Below, piece after piece: positions 37,150 through 47,443 of a stretch of DNA of 64,000 nucleotides (positions within the stretch are counted from its first letter, which is position 1; every line of letters begins with the position of its first letter). Source of the stretch: Candidatus Omnitrophota bacterium. GTDB lineage: Bacteria > Omnitrophota > Gorgyraeia > Zapsychrales > JANLHA01. The notes under the pieces are model-generated. The model searched no databases and was not told the DNA's origin. It worked only from the letters and a program-made list of their open reading frames with translations. The DNA is taken from the NCBI GenBank assembly GCA_963662715.1, contig OY759724.1, positions 2,843,339 through 2,907,338 of the forward strand, written 5' to 3'. The translations under genes and the position numbers were made by a program.

Positions 37150-38322
37150 ATGAAAATCACGGGGCTAACTGTTTTAAAGCTGTTGTTATGGCTGTTTGTG
37201 TGTGTTTTGATTATATCTGCCAACGAATTCCTGACCCTGAATGATACAGACGAAGTCACTCCGCAGGACCAGGCTGTTTTTAAATACCGCGAGGATTTTA
37301 AACAAAAGAAAATCCATGACCCGAAGAAGCTCCGGGAAATCCTGTACCAGCAGCTCAACCATAAAAATATTCGGGTGAGAATGAATGCTGCTGAAGTTCT
37401 GGGTGAACTCGGGGGGGCGGGTATCCTTGAGGACCTCTGGAACATCTATCTCAGTGACGGCGGGCCTTCGATTAGAATCTCCGCTATTGCGGGTATTCTT
37501 AATCATGATACTCCGGACGGCTTGCCGTATTTGCTGCAATCTTTGTCCGATGAACACAAAGATGCCAGGAGGAAATCCTTGTACGGGGTCTCTATCTGGG
37601 GGGATGCTTCTCACCTGGACATCCTTGAAAAAATGTTCAACGAAGAGTCTGAGTATTTGAACCGGATCGCCGTGGCTGCGGTCATGTACAACTTCGGGGA
37701 CACGGAGAAAGCGGAATATATTAAAAATGTGCTGCTCAATGAACCCGGCATCGATGTGCGCAGATATACAGCCCATCTTCTGCAGGATTACCATATCGAG
37801 ATAGACAGTCAGATCGTTGTAGAAGCCCTGCAAACGGAACAGGACCCTTATGTCAGAATATGGTTGTCGGCTCTCTTGGTCGAGCGGGGTGATCAAAACG
37901 CGCTGTCCTATATAAAGAATGTTTTATCCAGCAGTGATGTCCCGGCTTTAAAATCCTGCGCGGCCCAGGCCCTGAACGCTTTATGTGAGAGAGAGTTCGC
38001 CTATCCCTACTTGCTCGATCTTCTAAAAGCGGAAGATGCCGATGTCCGGGAAAGAGCGGTTGAAGACCTGGTGGATTTCATGGAATTTCCTCTGCTCCCG
38101 GTGCTGGGCCGGGTGCTGAAGGAAGATTCGAGTATTATTGTCCGAGAGGTCGCGGCCTGGGCCATGGGGGAAAGAAAAGAGGCCGCTGCTTTGCCGTACC
38201 TGGAACCGGGACTTTATGATGAAAGCGCTTTTGTCCGGACCGGTGTTGTTGCCGCCATTTATAAAATTCTTACCAGCGAAGGCAAGAAGCCCCGTAACGA
38301 CAGGATGTGCCATTCAAAATAA
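37150..38322 (+). CDS. HEAT/PBS-lyase-type repeat protein with N-terminal signal/anchor
   Basis: 390 aa. Repeated ...RVRxxAAxxLGEL... HEAT-like units (NIRVRMNAAEVLGELGG, DVRRYTAHLL, VREVAAWAMGE). Hydrophobic N-terminus. Confidence 0.6.
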   Translation: MKITGLTVLKLLLWLFVCVLIISANEFLTLNDTDEVTPQDQAVFKYREDFKQKKIHDPKKLREILYQQLNHKNIRVRMNAAEVLGELGGAGILEDLWNIYLSDGGPSIRISAIAGILNHDTPDGLPYLLQSLSDEHKDARRKSLYGVSIWGDASHLDILEKMFNEESEYLNRIAVAAVMYNFGDTEKAEYIKNVLLNEPGIDVRRYTAHLLQDYHIEIDSQIVVEALQTEQDPYVRIWLSALLVERGDQNALSYIKNVLSSSDVPALKSCAAQALNALCEREFAYPYLLDLLKAEDADVRERAVEDLVDFMEFPLLPVLGRVLKEDSSIIVREVAAWAMGERKEAAALPYLEPGLYDESAFVRTGVVAAIYKILTSEGKKPRNDRMCHSK

Positions 38323-38385
38323 ACATGGCGCATGAAGGAAAGAACGGCACGTGGAATTCTGTAACTTATGGAAATTTGAGGCCCC

Positions 38386-39894
38386 ATGAAACTCTCCTTA
38401 ATTTTTAATCCGTTTTCCTATAAGGTTCATGAGGAAAATATAAGAGTCGTCCAGAAATATTTCGGACTGTTCCCGCCTTTGAGCCTCGCTTGGGTTGCTT
38501 CCATTGCCGAACAGGCGGGACACCAGGTTCAATTGGTTGATGCCCGCACTTTGAGACTTTCCATGGAAGCCACGCTCGAAAAAGTCCGGGATTTTCAGCC
38601 GGACATCATGGGATTCATGATGACGACATATATGTTCCAGGACACGTTGCTTTGGATCAAGTTCCTTAAACAGCATCTAAATATCCCGGTTCTTATCGGC
38701 GGATACAATCTGAGAGTTTATCCCCGGGAGTCTCTTTCTCATCCGGAAATCGATTTTGGTGTTGTTGAACATGCGTATTACACCGTTCCCCGGCTTTTGG
38801 AAGAGCTTGAAAGCGGCCGGCGTGATTTCGATAAAGTGCCCGGCCTGGTTTATAAACGCAACGGCCAGATCGTGGTCACGCCGCATCCGCAAAAAATAGA
38901 ATTTGATAAGTTCCCCAACCCGGCCCGGCATCTTTTACCCAATGAGCTTTATGCGGAATTCCCTACGGAGCGGAGGAACTTTACCGTCATGGTGACATCT
39001 CTCGGCTGTCCGTATGGTTGTACATTTTGTGAGGCAGGCCAGACGCCGTACAATCCCCGTTCTCCGGAGACAGTGGTCGCTGAGATGGAAGAATGCTACC
39101 GGAACTACGGGATAAGGGAAATTGATATCTTTGATTATGAGTTTACGGGTATCCGCAACCGTGTCATGCGGATTTGTCAATTGATAAAAAAGAAAGAGCT
39201 GGATATTATCTGGGCCTGCCGTTCCCGGATTGATACCGTTGACCGGGAGCTTCTGAAAGAAATGAAAGAAGCGGGATGCCGGCGAATATATTTTGGGGTG
39301 GAATCAGGCCGGCAGGAGCTCCTGGATAGAGTTCATAAAGGATATTCCATTGCCCAGATCAGGGACATTATCGCGGTGTGCTCTGATTTGGGTATCCGCA
39401 CTCTGGGCTTCTTTCTTATAGGAGCTCCGGGGGATACCCGGGAAACCGTGAAGGACACGGTGGCCTTTGCAAAAACACTTGATTTGGACTATGTCCAGTT
39501 TTCCAAATGTCTGGCCAAACCGTTAACGCCTTTGTGGAAGGAGATGGTCGCCCAGGAAAAGAAGGATTATTGGCGGGACTGGATTCTGGGCCGGGAGGTG
39601 GATCGGGAGTTGCCCCGTCCGTGGACAGAATTAACAAATCAGGAAATAGACCGGTTGGCCCGCTGGGCGTACGTTTCATACTATGCCAGACCCTTTTTCC
39701 TCTGGAAGCATTTATGCAAAATAGCTTCGTTTTCTGAATTGAAAAGAAAAGTTTTTGCCTTGTTCGATATGGTTTTTAAACAGGAATCCTATTCTCGTCC
39801 GGATGCCCATTTCGTGGCTTTTAACGAGAATCCCGGAATGAAACTGACGAAATATCAGACGTCAAAGGGCTGCCCTGACGACGGGGGCTTATGA
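38386..39894 (+). CDS. Cobalamin-binding-domain radical SAM enzyme (class B-like)
   Basis: 502 aa. B12-binding N-domain, then radical SAM CPYGCTFC. Confidence 0.8.
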   Translation: MKLSLIFNPFSYKVHEENIRVVQKYFGLFPPLSLAWVASIAEQAGHQVQLVDARTLRLSMEATLEKVRDFQPDIMGFMMTTYMFQDTLLWIKFLKQHLNIPVLIGGYNLRVYPRESLSHPEIDFGVVEHAYYTVPRLLEELESGRRDFDKVPGLVYKRNGQIVVTPHPQKIEFDKFPNPARHLLPNELYAEFPTERRNFTVMVTSLGCPYGCTFCEAGQTPYNPRSPETVVAEMEECYRNYGIREIDIFDYEFTGIRNRVMRICQLIKKKELDIIWACRSRIDTVDRELLKEMKEAGCRRIYFGVESGRQELLDRVHKGYSIAQIRDIIAVCSDLGIRTLGFFLIGAPGDTRETVKDTVAFAKTLDLDYVQFSKCLAKPLTPLWKEMVAQEKKDYWRDWILGREVDRELPRPWTELTNQEIDRLARWAYVSYYARPFFLWKHLCKIASFSELKRKVFALFDMVFKQESYSRPDAHFVAFNENPGMKLTKYQTSKGCPDDGGL

Positions 39895-41168
39895 TTTTTA
39901 GACCGATTCCAAGACAGAAATCTTCTAATTCCCTGAGCGACTTATGCCGTGTTTTTGAATTGATGCGGGAGAAAGGTTTTTTTCAGGGCGAAGGCATCAG
40001 GGCGTTTGAAACAGAGTTCGCGCAGGCTTACGGCGTCAGACATGCCTTGGCGACGGGATCCTGCCGTTCGGCCTTCTCGCTGGCGCTTGATGCTTTAGGG
40101 ATTCAAAGCGGGGACGAGGTGATACTGCCGGCCTTTAATATGCCGGCATTTCCAAAAATATTAAGATACAAGGGGATTAAACCGGTCTTTGTCGATATTC
40201 ATGAAAGGACGCTTAATATTGACGAGACATTGATAGAGGAAAAGATTACCGCCCGGACCAGGGCCATTGTTGCGGTGCATTTGTTCGGCAACACGTGTCC
40301 CATGGACCGGATCATGACTTTGGCCCGAAAGCACCGGCTGGTTGTTATTGAGGACTGTGCCAATGCTTTTAACACGCCGTATCAAGAACGTTTGGCCGGG
40401 ACTTACGGTGACGTGGCGTGTTTTAGCCTGGGTTCGACAAAAGATATCCCCACATGGGGTGGCGGGGTCATTATTACGAATGATTCCGCCCTTTTCAGCA
40501 AATGCGTCGATCTGTATGAACGAAATTTTGTGTTCCCTTCTTGGACCGAAGTGACAAAAAATCTTATTAAAGGAGCTTTGATGCAGTTGTTGTCATTGAA
40601 ATTTTCTTATCTTCTGTTAATTTTTCCCATGAACCTTTTCTGTTCACTCGTTCATTTTGACCCTTTGGACTATGTGATTGAAGAGAAGGACCGGGAGATG
40701 AGTTGTCTTCCGCAAAAGAAATACACCAACTTTCAAGCGCTTATTGGAATAAACAAATTCCAAAAGAGCCGGTTTTTTCAGGAAAAGCGCGGCGCTAACG
40801 CCCGGATTTTAAACGACCGTTTGTCTGAATGCCCGGCCATTGTCACACCCGGGGTTCTTGAAGGCGGTAGCCACGCCTACTGGAATTATCCTCTGCTGGT
40901 CCCTTGCCGGAGGCCGTTTGTCCGGGCATTGTTACGGCACGGCATCGGGACAAAGACGATTGACACTTATGACTGTAATGGATTGGATATCTTCCGGGAA
41001 TACCGGCAGATGTGCCCCAAAACAGAAGAGGTGGCCCAAAAGATTTTGGTTCTTCCTGTTTATCATCACTTGAATAAAAATGATGTGGAATTTATGGCCG
41101 CAATTCTTAAGAAGACATATTCTAAGCTGGCGCTCCAGGACCGGGGGGAGGGCTGCTCGGGGACATGA
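39891..41168 (+). CDS. DegT/DnrJ/EryC1 (ArnB-like) PLP-dependent aminotransferase
   Basis: 425 aa. Putative PLP-lysine in FSLGSTKDIPTWGGGVI. ATGA overlap with the upstream gene. Confidence 0.8.
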   Translation: MIFRPIPRQKSSNSLSDLCRVFELMREKGFFQGEGIRAFETEFAQAYGVRHALATGSCRSAFSLALDALGIQSGDEVILPAFNMPAFPKILRYKGIKPVFVDIHERTLNIDETLIEEKITARTRAIVAVHLFGNTCPMDRIMTLARKHRLVVIEDCANAFNTPYQERLAGTYGDVACFSLGSTKDIPTWGGGVIITNDSALFSKCVDLYERNFVFPSWTEVTKNLIKGALMQLLSLKFSYLLLIFPMNLFCSLVHFDPLDYVIEEKDREMSCLPQKKYTNFQALIGINKFQKSRFFQEKRGANARILNDRLSECPAIVTPGVLEGGSHAYWNYPLLVPCRRPFVRALLRHGIGTKTIDTYDCNGLDIFREYRQMCPKTEEVAQKILVLPVYHHLNKNDVEFMAAILKKTYSKLALQDRGEGCSGT

Positions 41169-42697
41169 ATGAAATGAATCTGAAAAACAGGCCTAAAATT
41201 CTGCTGCTGAGGTTATCGCCCGGTATTTATAAACATTCCCATCATCCCATCGGGCATCGGCCGCCCTATACGCTGAAATATATCGAAGCTTTGTTAAGGC
41301 AAGATCGGCACTGCGAGGTGAGGTTTATTGATCAGCGCGTTTCAAAGCTGTCGGTAACTGATATCGAAAAGGATATGAAACAATGGGGGCCGCAGTATGT
41401 TGTTTTTGATATTTCATCGTTAAACCTGGACATCAGTATAAAATTTTGTGAAAATATGACCCCTAAAAGCCCTTCCGCAAAGATCATAAGCCTTTGTGTC
41501 GGGCAATCGCCCAGCGCCGATATCCGCACTTTTAAAAGGCAGTACCGGCAGTTTGATTTTGCTTTGGCCGGCGAAGCTGAACTTGAAATCCATAAAATTC
41601 TTCAATGCCTTTATCAAGGCCGGTCCGTTGAAAATATTCAGCACATGTATCAACAGGAGGGGACCGCCGATCGCCTCTGGACGGTGGAAGATCCTGATCA
41701 GATGCCTTTCCCGGAATATGACGGGGAATCGTTGAAAGGATATTCTTTTGTTTATCCCTTAAGAATGGCTCAGCGGATTATCTGGGGGCATATGCTGAGC
41801 AGCCGGGGCTGCCCTCATCAATGCGTTTTCTGTTCCCAGATCATGCGAGAAAGCTACGGGAGACGCGTGCGCCTGCGGTCCGCATCTTCTGTCGTGGATG
41901 AGATGGAACACTTATTGGCCTCCGGGGCGAATGTCATCAGTTTTGATGACGATAATTTTACAAGTTCCCCTCAGCATGTGCAGTCTATCTGTGAGGAGAT
42001 ATTGCGCCGGAAATTAAAAATCCGCTGGATCGCCCATGCGCGCATTGATGAAATTAACGCCGATCTCTTGAAACTTATGGGACACAGCGGTTGTGTTCTG
42101 TTAAGATACGGGATTGAAACAGCCAGTGAGAGAATCCTGCATGTGTTGCACAAGACCCGTGAGACATCTCTCTGGTTGAAAAAAGCCCGGGAAGCTGTCC
42201 TGCTCTCCCGACAGAACGGTATTTCTGTCGCATGTTTATTTATGATCGGATGCCCGAGTGAGACACAGGAAGAGTTAAAGCAAACCATCCGGTTTGCTCA
42301 GGACATTAATCCGGACATTATCCAGGTGGCCTATTTTACGCCTTTTCCGGGTTCGCATTATTATAAAATTTTCCGGGAAACGTTTTCCCGGTATAACGTG
42401 ACACAGCTGTACCATTACAGTATCCCCAGTATCAATCTGAGTCACATGACGGAACGGGAATTCCGGTCGGCACAGAAATCGTTTTACAAAAGTTTTCTCC
42501 TGAGGCCGGCTTTTATCATAAATCATTTCCGGAAATACACTTTTTTTTACATGGCGAATCCCGATGTCTTTTTGAAATTGATTAAGGTTAAAAAACTGAC
42601 TCAGCAGAGAGGCCCGTTATCTCCGGAGGCAGGATGCTTTGAAAAAACACCCGGAAGGTCCCCCGCGGTCTGTCAGGAGTTGAAAGAACAGCCCTGA
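41165..42697 (+). CDS. Cobalamin-binding-domain radical SAM enzyme (class B-like)
   Basis: 510 aa. Radical SAM motif CPHQCVFC after an N-terminal Rossmann-like domain. ATGA overlap with the upstream DegT gene. Confidence 0.8.
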   Translation: MNEMNLKNRPKILLLRLSPGIYKHSHHPIGHRPPYTLKYIEALLRQDRHCEVRFIDQRVSKLSVTDIEKDMKQWGPQYVVFDISSLNLDISIKFCENMTPKSPSAKIISLCVGQSPSADIRTFKRQYRQFDFALAGEAELEIHKILQCLYQGRSVENIQHMYQQEGTADRLWTVEDPDQMPFPEYDGESLKGYSFVYPLRMAQRIIWGHMLSSRGCPHQCVFCSQIMRESYGRRVRLRSASSVVDEMEHLLASGANVISFDDDNFTSSPQHVQSICEEILRRKLKIRWIAHARIDEINADLLKLMGHSGCVLLRYGIETASERILHVLHKTRETSLWLKKAREAVLLSRQNGISVACLFMIGCPSETQEELKQTIRFAQDINPDIIQVAYFTPFPGSHYYKIFRETFSRYNVTQLYHYSIPSINLSHMTEREFRSAQKSFYKSFLLRPAFIINHFRKYTFFYMANPDVFLKLIKVKKLTQQRGPLSPEAGCFEKTPGRSPAVCQELKEQP

Positions 42698-42744
42698 TAG
42701 CCGGGTGTTTTCATCCATCTGCCCATAAGACAAGCGAGTCCAGG

Positions 42745-44151
42745 ATGAAACAGATATATCTATTGTATATTAATGCCGCCAGCGAAAGTTCCCTGGATTA
42801 CTCGGGATTGCTGCAGACGAATTTATTAAAGGTTGTCCCGAAACTGGGGCTGCAGTATTTACACGCGGTATTGCATCAGCATGATTTTCCGGCTGTATTA
42901 TTGGACCAGGAGATAGAACCTTTAACCCTTAAAATATTGTCTGATAAATTTCATGAACAGCCGCCTCTTTTCGTCGGGATTTATTCGTCGGAAAGGATCC
43001 GAAGCACGACGATCCGTTTTATTCAACAACTCCTGGCCGCCTGGCCGAGACTGATGATTATTGTCGGCGGGCCGGATTATTTCAGCTATGAAAGCTATCT
43101 TAAAGCCGGGTGCACCTTTGTCTGCCACGGGGAAGGGGAAAAAACAATTGTCGAAATAGCGAAATATGCCCGGGGCGAATTGGCCCTGGATGCCTTAAAA
43201 GGGGTTTATTACAGGAAAGGGACGGAGGTTGTCCGGACAGAACCGCAGGAGCTGATCGATGACTTGGACCGGCTTCCGTTTCCCCGAAGAGAGCATCTTC
43301 ACGCATACGCGGATTTTCATTATCTCGGCATGGTTAAGCCTTATGTGCACATGATAACATCCCGCGGCTGCGGCTGTTCCTGCAGTTATTGTTCGTCCCC
43401 TTATATCTGGGGCAGGCGGGTGCGGAGGAGAAGCATCGAGAATATCCTGGCTGAGATTGATGATCTTGTCGGCCGATGCCAGATCCGCTATATCAGTTTT
43501 AAAGATGACCGGTTCTTTTCGAATTTGGCTTGGCTGAGGACATTTTGTCATGCTTTGATTGAAAGAAAATATTCGTTGCGTTTTAACTGCAGCGCCTGCC
43601 CGTCAGATTTTAAAAATGACTGGGAAGAGAAGATTGACCTGCTGAAGGCGGCCGGCTGTGATGCCCTTATTTTGGGCCTGCAGTCAACAGACAAATCCAT
43701 ACTGCAGAAGATTCACCGTAATCCCGATGAAGTGGACTTTTTGAAGCCAGTTATCGCTTATGCGAATAAAGTCCGCCTTTTTACGATTGTGGAATTCATA
43801 TTCGGGCTGCCGGGGGATACGGAACAATCGCTTCAGCAGACGATTTCGTACGTGATGAAGATAAAGCCCTATTTTATCCAGTTCAACAGGCTGATGCTTT
43901 TTAAGGGGTCGGAGTTGAACGCTTTGAGGGAAGAGCCGGCGCCCTTTTGCGCCCTGACAACCCGGCAAATTAAAAGAATCATTTTAAAGGGATATCTGCG
44001 TTTCTATCTGCACCCGCAGGTTTTTTATAAAAATATCCGATATGTTTTGCGGCATAACCCCCGCTGGTTCGTGAACGCCCGGCGCGTGTGGTTATATCCC
44101 TTACTGCTCGGTTATAACTATTTTCACAGCATGAAAACTTTACATCGGTAA
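42745..44151 (+). CDS. Cobalamin-binding-domain radical SAM enzyme (class B-like)
   Basis: 468 aa. N-terminal B12-type domain (IVGGPDYFSYESYLKAGCTFVCHGEGE). Radical SAM motif CGCSCSYC. Confidence 0.8.
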   Translation: MKQIYLLYINAASESSLDYSGLLQTNLLKVVPKLGLQYLHAVLHQHDFPAVLLDQEIEPLTLKILSDKFHEQPPLFVGIYSSERIRSTTIRFIQQLLAAWPRLMIIVGGPDYFSYESYLKAGCTFVCHGEGEKTIVEIAKYARGELALDALKGVYYRKGTEVVRTEPQELIDDLDRLPFPRREHLHAYADFHYLGMVKPYVHMITSRGCGCSCSYCSSPYIWGRRVRRRSIENILAEIDDLVGRCQIRYISFKDDRFFSNLAWLRTFCHALIERKYSLRFNCSACPSDFKNDWEEKIDLLKAAGCDALILGLQSTDKSILQKIHRNPDEVDFLKPVIAYANKVRLFTIVEFIFGLPGDTEQSLQQTISYVMKIKPYFIQFNRLMLFKGSELNALREEPAPFCALTTRQIKRIILKGYLRFYLHPQVFYKNIRYVLRHNPRWFVNARRVWLYPLLLGYNYFHSMKTLHR

Positions 44152-44156
44152 AATTC

Positions 44157-45077
44157 ATGAACATCGCTTTTATGAAAAAAACACAAATCCTCCTGGCCCC
44201 GGCTCTGACCGCGGTTATTTTCGTGATCCTGTTCCGCTATATTTCTCTGACGGAGGTCGTCCGGATAACGAAAAATTGCCATATCAATATCCTTTTGTGG
44301 ACTTTAGTGGTCTCGGCAGGGTCAAATATTTATATCAATGCCTTAAGATTTCAGAATATTTTAAGGCAGCTGGGAATCCCTCTTTCGCTTTTCGAAACAA
44401 TACTGATCAAAGGGGGCGGTTCGCTGTTTAAAGTTTTTATGCCGGCCCGCAGCGGTGAATTCGTCATGATGGCTTACCTGAAACGGGTGAAAGACCTGTC
44501 TTATATCCAGTCCTTTTTTCTGATCATATCCGAATACATTCTCAACCTTTCGGCGCTGATCCTTTTTTTTCTTACAGGCTTCTTGTGGTCAATCAACCAG
44601 CCTGCTGTGAACCGGCATACCCTGGCCATGATTATTATGTTCCCCACGGAAGAAAATCCTTCTTCCCGGGGATTCCGGGCCGTTTTTCATAAATGGCTTC
44701 CGGATATTAAAGACAACGTCAGCCTTTTCCGCCGATTATGTTTCCGGAAAACCATTATTTTTTATACGCTGCTGTATATGGGAGCTGAAGTGCTGACATT
44801 TTATCTGTTGGCACACGCCCTGAACATTTTTATTCCTTTCGGTATTGTTCTCATGCTGATTCCGGCAGCCTTTTTGCTGAGCAGCCTTCCGCTCACTTTG
44901 GGAGGGCTGGGCCTGAGAGAGTGCGCCGTATTGTTTTTATTTTCATCCTATGCCCCGGCAGAAGAGCTGTTGTCTTTGGGCGTTCTTTATTCTTTTGTTG
45001 AAAACCTTTTCCCTTTGCTGATTAACGGATCTCTGTCCGGTCTTTTTCTTTCCAGGTTATTGAAAGGGGAGCAATGA
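44157..45077 (+). CDS. Flippase-like / LPG-synthase-TM-region family membrane protein
   Basis: 306 aa, multiple TM segments. Same family pattern as 29459..30499. Confidence 0.5.
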   Translation: MNIAFMKKTQILLAPALTAVIFVILFRYISLTEVVRITKNCHINILLWTLVVSAGSNIYINALRFQNILRQLGIPLSLFETILIKGGGSLFKVFMPARSGEFVMMAYLKRVKDLSYIQSFFLIISEYILNLSALILFFLTGFLWSINQPAVNRHTLAMIIMFPTEENPSSRGFRAVFHKWLPDIKDNVSLFRRLCFRKTIIFYTLLYMGAEVLTFYLLAHALNIFIPFGIVLMLIPAAFLLSSLPLTLGGLGLRECAVLFLFSSYAPAEELLSLGVLYSFVENLFPLLINGSLSGLFLSRLLKGEQ

Positions 45078-46066
45078 TAAGTTATAAAAAAATTTTTCCA
45101 ATTGTCGGACATATTTTGGCCGCTAAGATGTGTCATATCCCGTGCCCCCTGGCGGTCCGCTGGGCGTTAACTTATCGGTGCAATCAGCAGTGTTTGTATT
45201 GCGGTATCCCGCACCGGAAGGATTACTATGAATTGGATGCGGCCGGTATTTGCCGTATGCTGGATGATTTTGTGCGCCTGGGCACACAATGGATTTCTTT
45301 CTCCGGAGGGGAGCCTTTGCTCCGGGACGACCTTCCTGCGATTGTGAAGCATGCGAAAAAGCGGGGTTTTTTTGTGACACTCAGTACGAACGGAAGACTG
45401 CTGCCGGAAAAAATCCGGGATTTGCGATGTGTCGACCGCATCAAAATAAGCCTGGACGGCCCTCAAGATGTCCATGACCGCATCAAAGGCCAAGGGTCTT
45501 TTCAAAAGGTCATGGAGGCTTTGGCCTTATGTCAGGAACAGGCTATCCCGGTTGCTGTGGATTGTGTCATTTCGAAATTCAACGCCGATGTCATTGAGGA
45601 ATGTCTTGGGATCGCTGAGGCCCGTCATATCCCGATATCCTTTCAGCCGGCGACGATAAGGCGGTTGCCCCGGGATGAGGAGGAGGATTATCTGGTGCCG
45701 GCGGATAAATACAGAACGATTATAGAGCTTTTAATTGCCTTGAAAAAGAAGGGAGCCCGCATAGAAAACTCCGTGGCCGGGTTGCGCCATCTTGGGCATT
45801 GGCCTGTTCCTCGGTCTATCCCGTGTTCCATGGGATTATTAAGTTATAATGTGGAACCCAACGGGATCATCGGGGCTTGCATCGATAAATCCTATATTTA
45901 TGTGGGGCGGGATGAATCGCAAGGGCAGGAGTCCCTTCGGACAATCTTAAAAAACGCGAAGCCGCCGTCTTCTTGCCGGGAATGCTGGTGCGGAGCTATG
46001 GTGGAATTTAACCTGATAAATTCTTTCAACCTGGATGCTATTTTTAATCGCATGAAATATTCATGA
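45074..46066 (+). CDS. Radical SAM enzyme with SPASM/twitch C-terminal domain
   Basis: 330 aa. CNQQCLYC near the N-terminus. C-terminal Cys-rich tail (CSMG...CIDKSY...CRECWC). ATGA overlap with the upstream gene. Confidence 0.75.
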   Translation: MISYKKIFPIVGHILAAKMCHIPCPLAVRWALTYRCNQQCLYCGIPHRKDYYELDAAGICRMLDDFVRLGTQWISFSGGEPLLRDDLPAIVKHAKKRGFFVTLSTNGRLLPEKIRDLRCVDRIKISLDGPQDVHDRIKGQGSFQKVMEALALCQEQAIPVAVDCVISKFNADVIEECLGIAEARHIPISFQPATIRRLPRDEEEDYLVPADKYRTIIELLIALKKKGARIENSVAGLRHLGHWPVPRSIPCSMGLLSYNVEPNGIIGACIDKSYIYVGRDESQGQESLRTILKNAKPPSSCRECWCGAMVEFNLINSFNLDAIFNRMKYS

Positions 46067-46107
46067 TCCGGATTTTTATCCATTAGCGGTCTATAGCCGA
46101 TATTCTT

Positions 46108-47322
46108 ATGTTAAAAAAGTTTCCTAAAAGAAATATTTTTATATCCGAAAAAGAAATAAAAGCGGTATTGTCTTTTCTGTTTCGTCCGCGAGTCAGGGCT
46201 GAAGATTTTGTCAGAAAGTTTGAAGATAATTTCAGTCGGCACATCGGGGTAAAAGAGGCTATCGCTGTCGGCTCGGGCCGGTTCGCTTTGTCTTTAATCC
46301 TGAGATCCCTGGGAGTGCAAAGAGGCGATGCTGTTTTACTCAGCGCCTATAACTTTACCGGTGTGCCCGAATCGTTACGGCAGGAGGGGGTGGAGCCTCA
46401 TTTTGTTGACGCCGATCCGTCAACTTATCAAATGAACATCGATCTGATCCCGCAAAAAATCACTGAAAAAACTAAAGTTCTCCTGGCCACGCATCTTTTC
46501 GGGCAGCTATCCGACACGGACCGGCTGGCGGATCTGGCCCGGGAAAATCACCTCTACCTCATAGAAGATGCCGCGCAGGCTTTGGGAAGCTTTTATAAAA
46601 ACAGGCCGGCAGGAACACGGGCCGATATCGGGCTGTTCAGTTTTACGGGCAGTAAATTGCTTAATACGTCCTGGGGTGGGATGATCGTTACAAACAACGC
46701 AGACTTAGCCGGAAAGATCCGTCAGGAGTTGTCCCGTTATCCTGCTCTCGGCACAGCCCAGGCCGTTTTCTTCAGGGTGAAAACTTATGCCTATGCTTTG
46801 GCGACCCAGCGTGCTTTTTACAGTTATCTGGTCTATCCTCTGACGGTGTTGTTTTATTTGTGCGGTATTGACCTTTTTGCGGCTTATAAAATGTTTGACC
46901 GCCGGGTGTCTCCCTACAAGAGGAACGGGCTGAATAATTTGCAGGGGTATCTGGGCCTCGATCAGATGGACCGGCTTGAACAGTTTATAAAAAAGCGGAA
47001 AGAGTACGCCGGCAAACTTCTGGCCCAATTGGCCCCTGCGATATCTTTGCAGAAAGGCCCCCCGGACGCCGACCCGTGTTATTTTATGATCCCCCTGAAA
47101 GCAAAACACAAGGGGGAGGCCTATAAAAAACTGCTCCTTAAAGGGATTGACAGCAATATTCAGTATGCGGCCGATTGTTCGGGATTGACAGGGGTTCATA
47201 ATCCGTGCGCAGCGGATTTATCCCAACATATTTTAACGATGAATTTGCCTTTGCGCATGAGTGATCAGGATATAAATTATATGGCGCAATCCATAAATGA
47301 TTTAAAAGATATGTTAGAATGA
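46108..47322 (+). CDS. DegT/DnrJ/EryC1 (ArnB-like) PLP-dependent aminotransferase
   Basis: 404 aa. Putative PLP-lysine in FSFTGSKLLNTSWGGMI. Confidence 0.8.
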   Translation: MLKKFPKRNIFISEKEIKAVLSFLFRPRVRAEDFVRKFEDNFSRHIGVKEAIAVGSGRFALSLILRSLGVQRGDAVLLSAYNFTGVPESLRQEGVEPHFVDADPSTYQMNIDLIPQKITEKTKVLLATHLFGQLSDTDRLADLARENHLYLIEDAAQALGSFYKNRPAGTRADIGLFSFTGSKLLNTSWGGMIVTNNADLAGKIRQELSRYPALGTAQAVFFRVKTYAYALATQRAFYSYLVYPLTVLFYLCGIDLFAAYKMFDRRVSPYKRNGLNNLQGYLGLDQMDRLEQFIKKRKEYAGKLLAQLAPAISLQKGPPDADPCYFMIPLKAKHKGEAYKKLLLKGIDSNIQYAADCSGLTGVHNPCAADLSQHILTMNLPLRMSDQDINYMAQSINDLKDMLE

Positions 47323-47443
47323 AACGGTATAAATTTTTCAGCCTTAAAAAGTTTTATCTGAAAAATGCAAAAGCTGTTTGTCCGGGGGGCTTCCTTTCTC
47401 CGGGATATCCCATATGGATACAAAAGGCGGGTAACGGGAATTT

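Noticed and set aside
47323-47443. Possible terminator hairpin (TCCGG-N14-CCGGA) after the fourth DegT gene
   Set aside because: The stem is only 5 bp and no U-tract follows. The next gene starts 121 nt later on the same strand, so the gap is more likely an internal spacer or promoter than a Rho-independent terminator.
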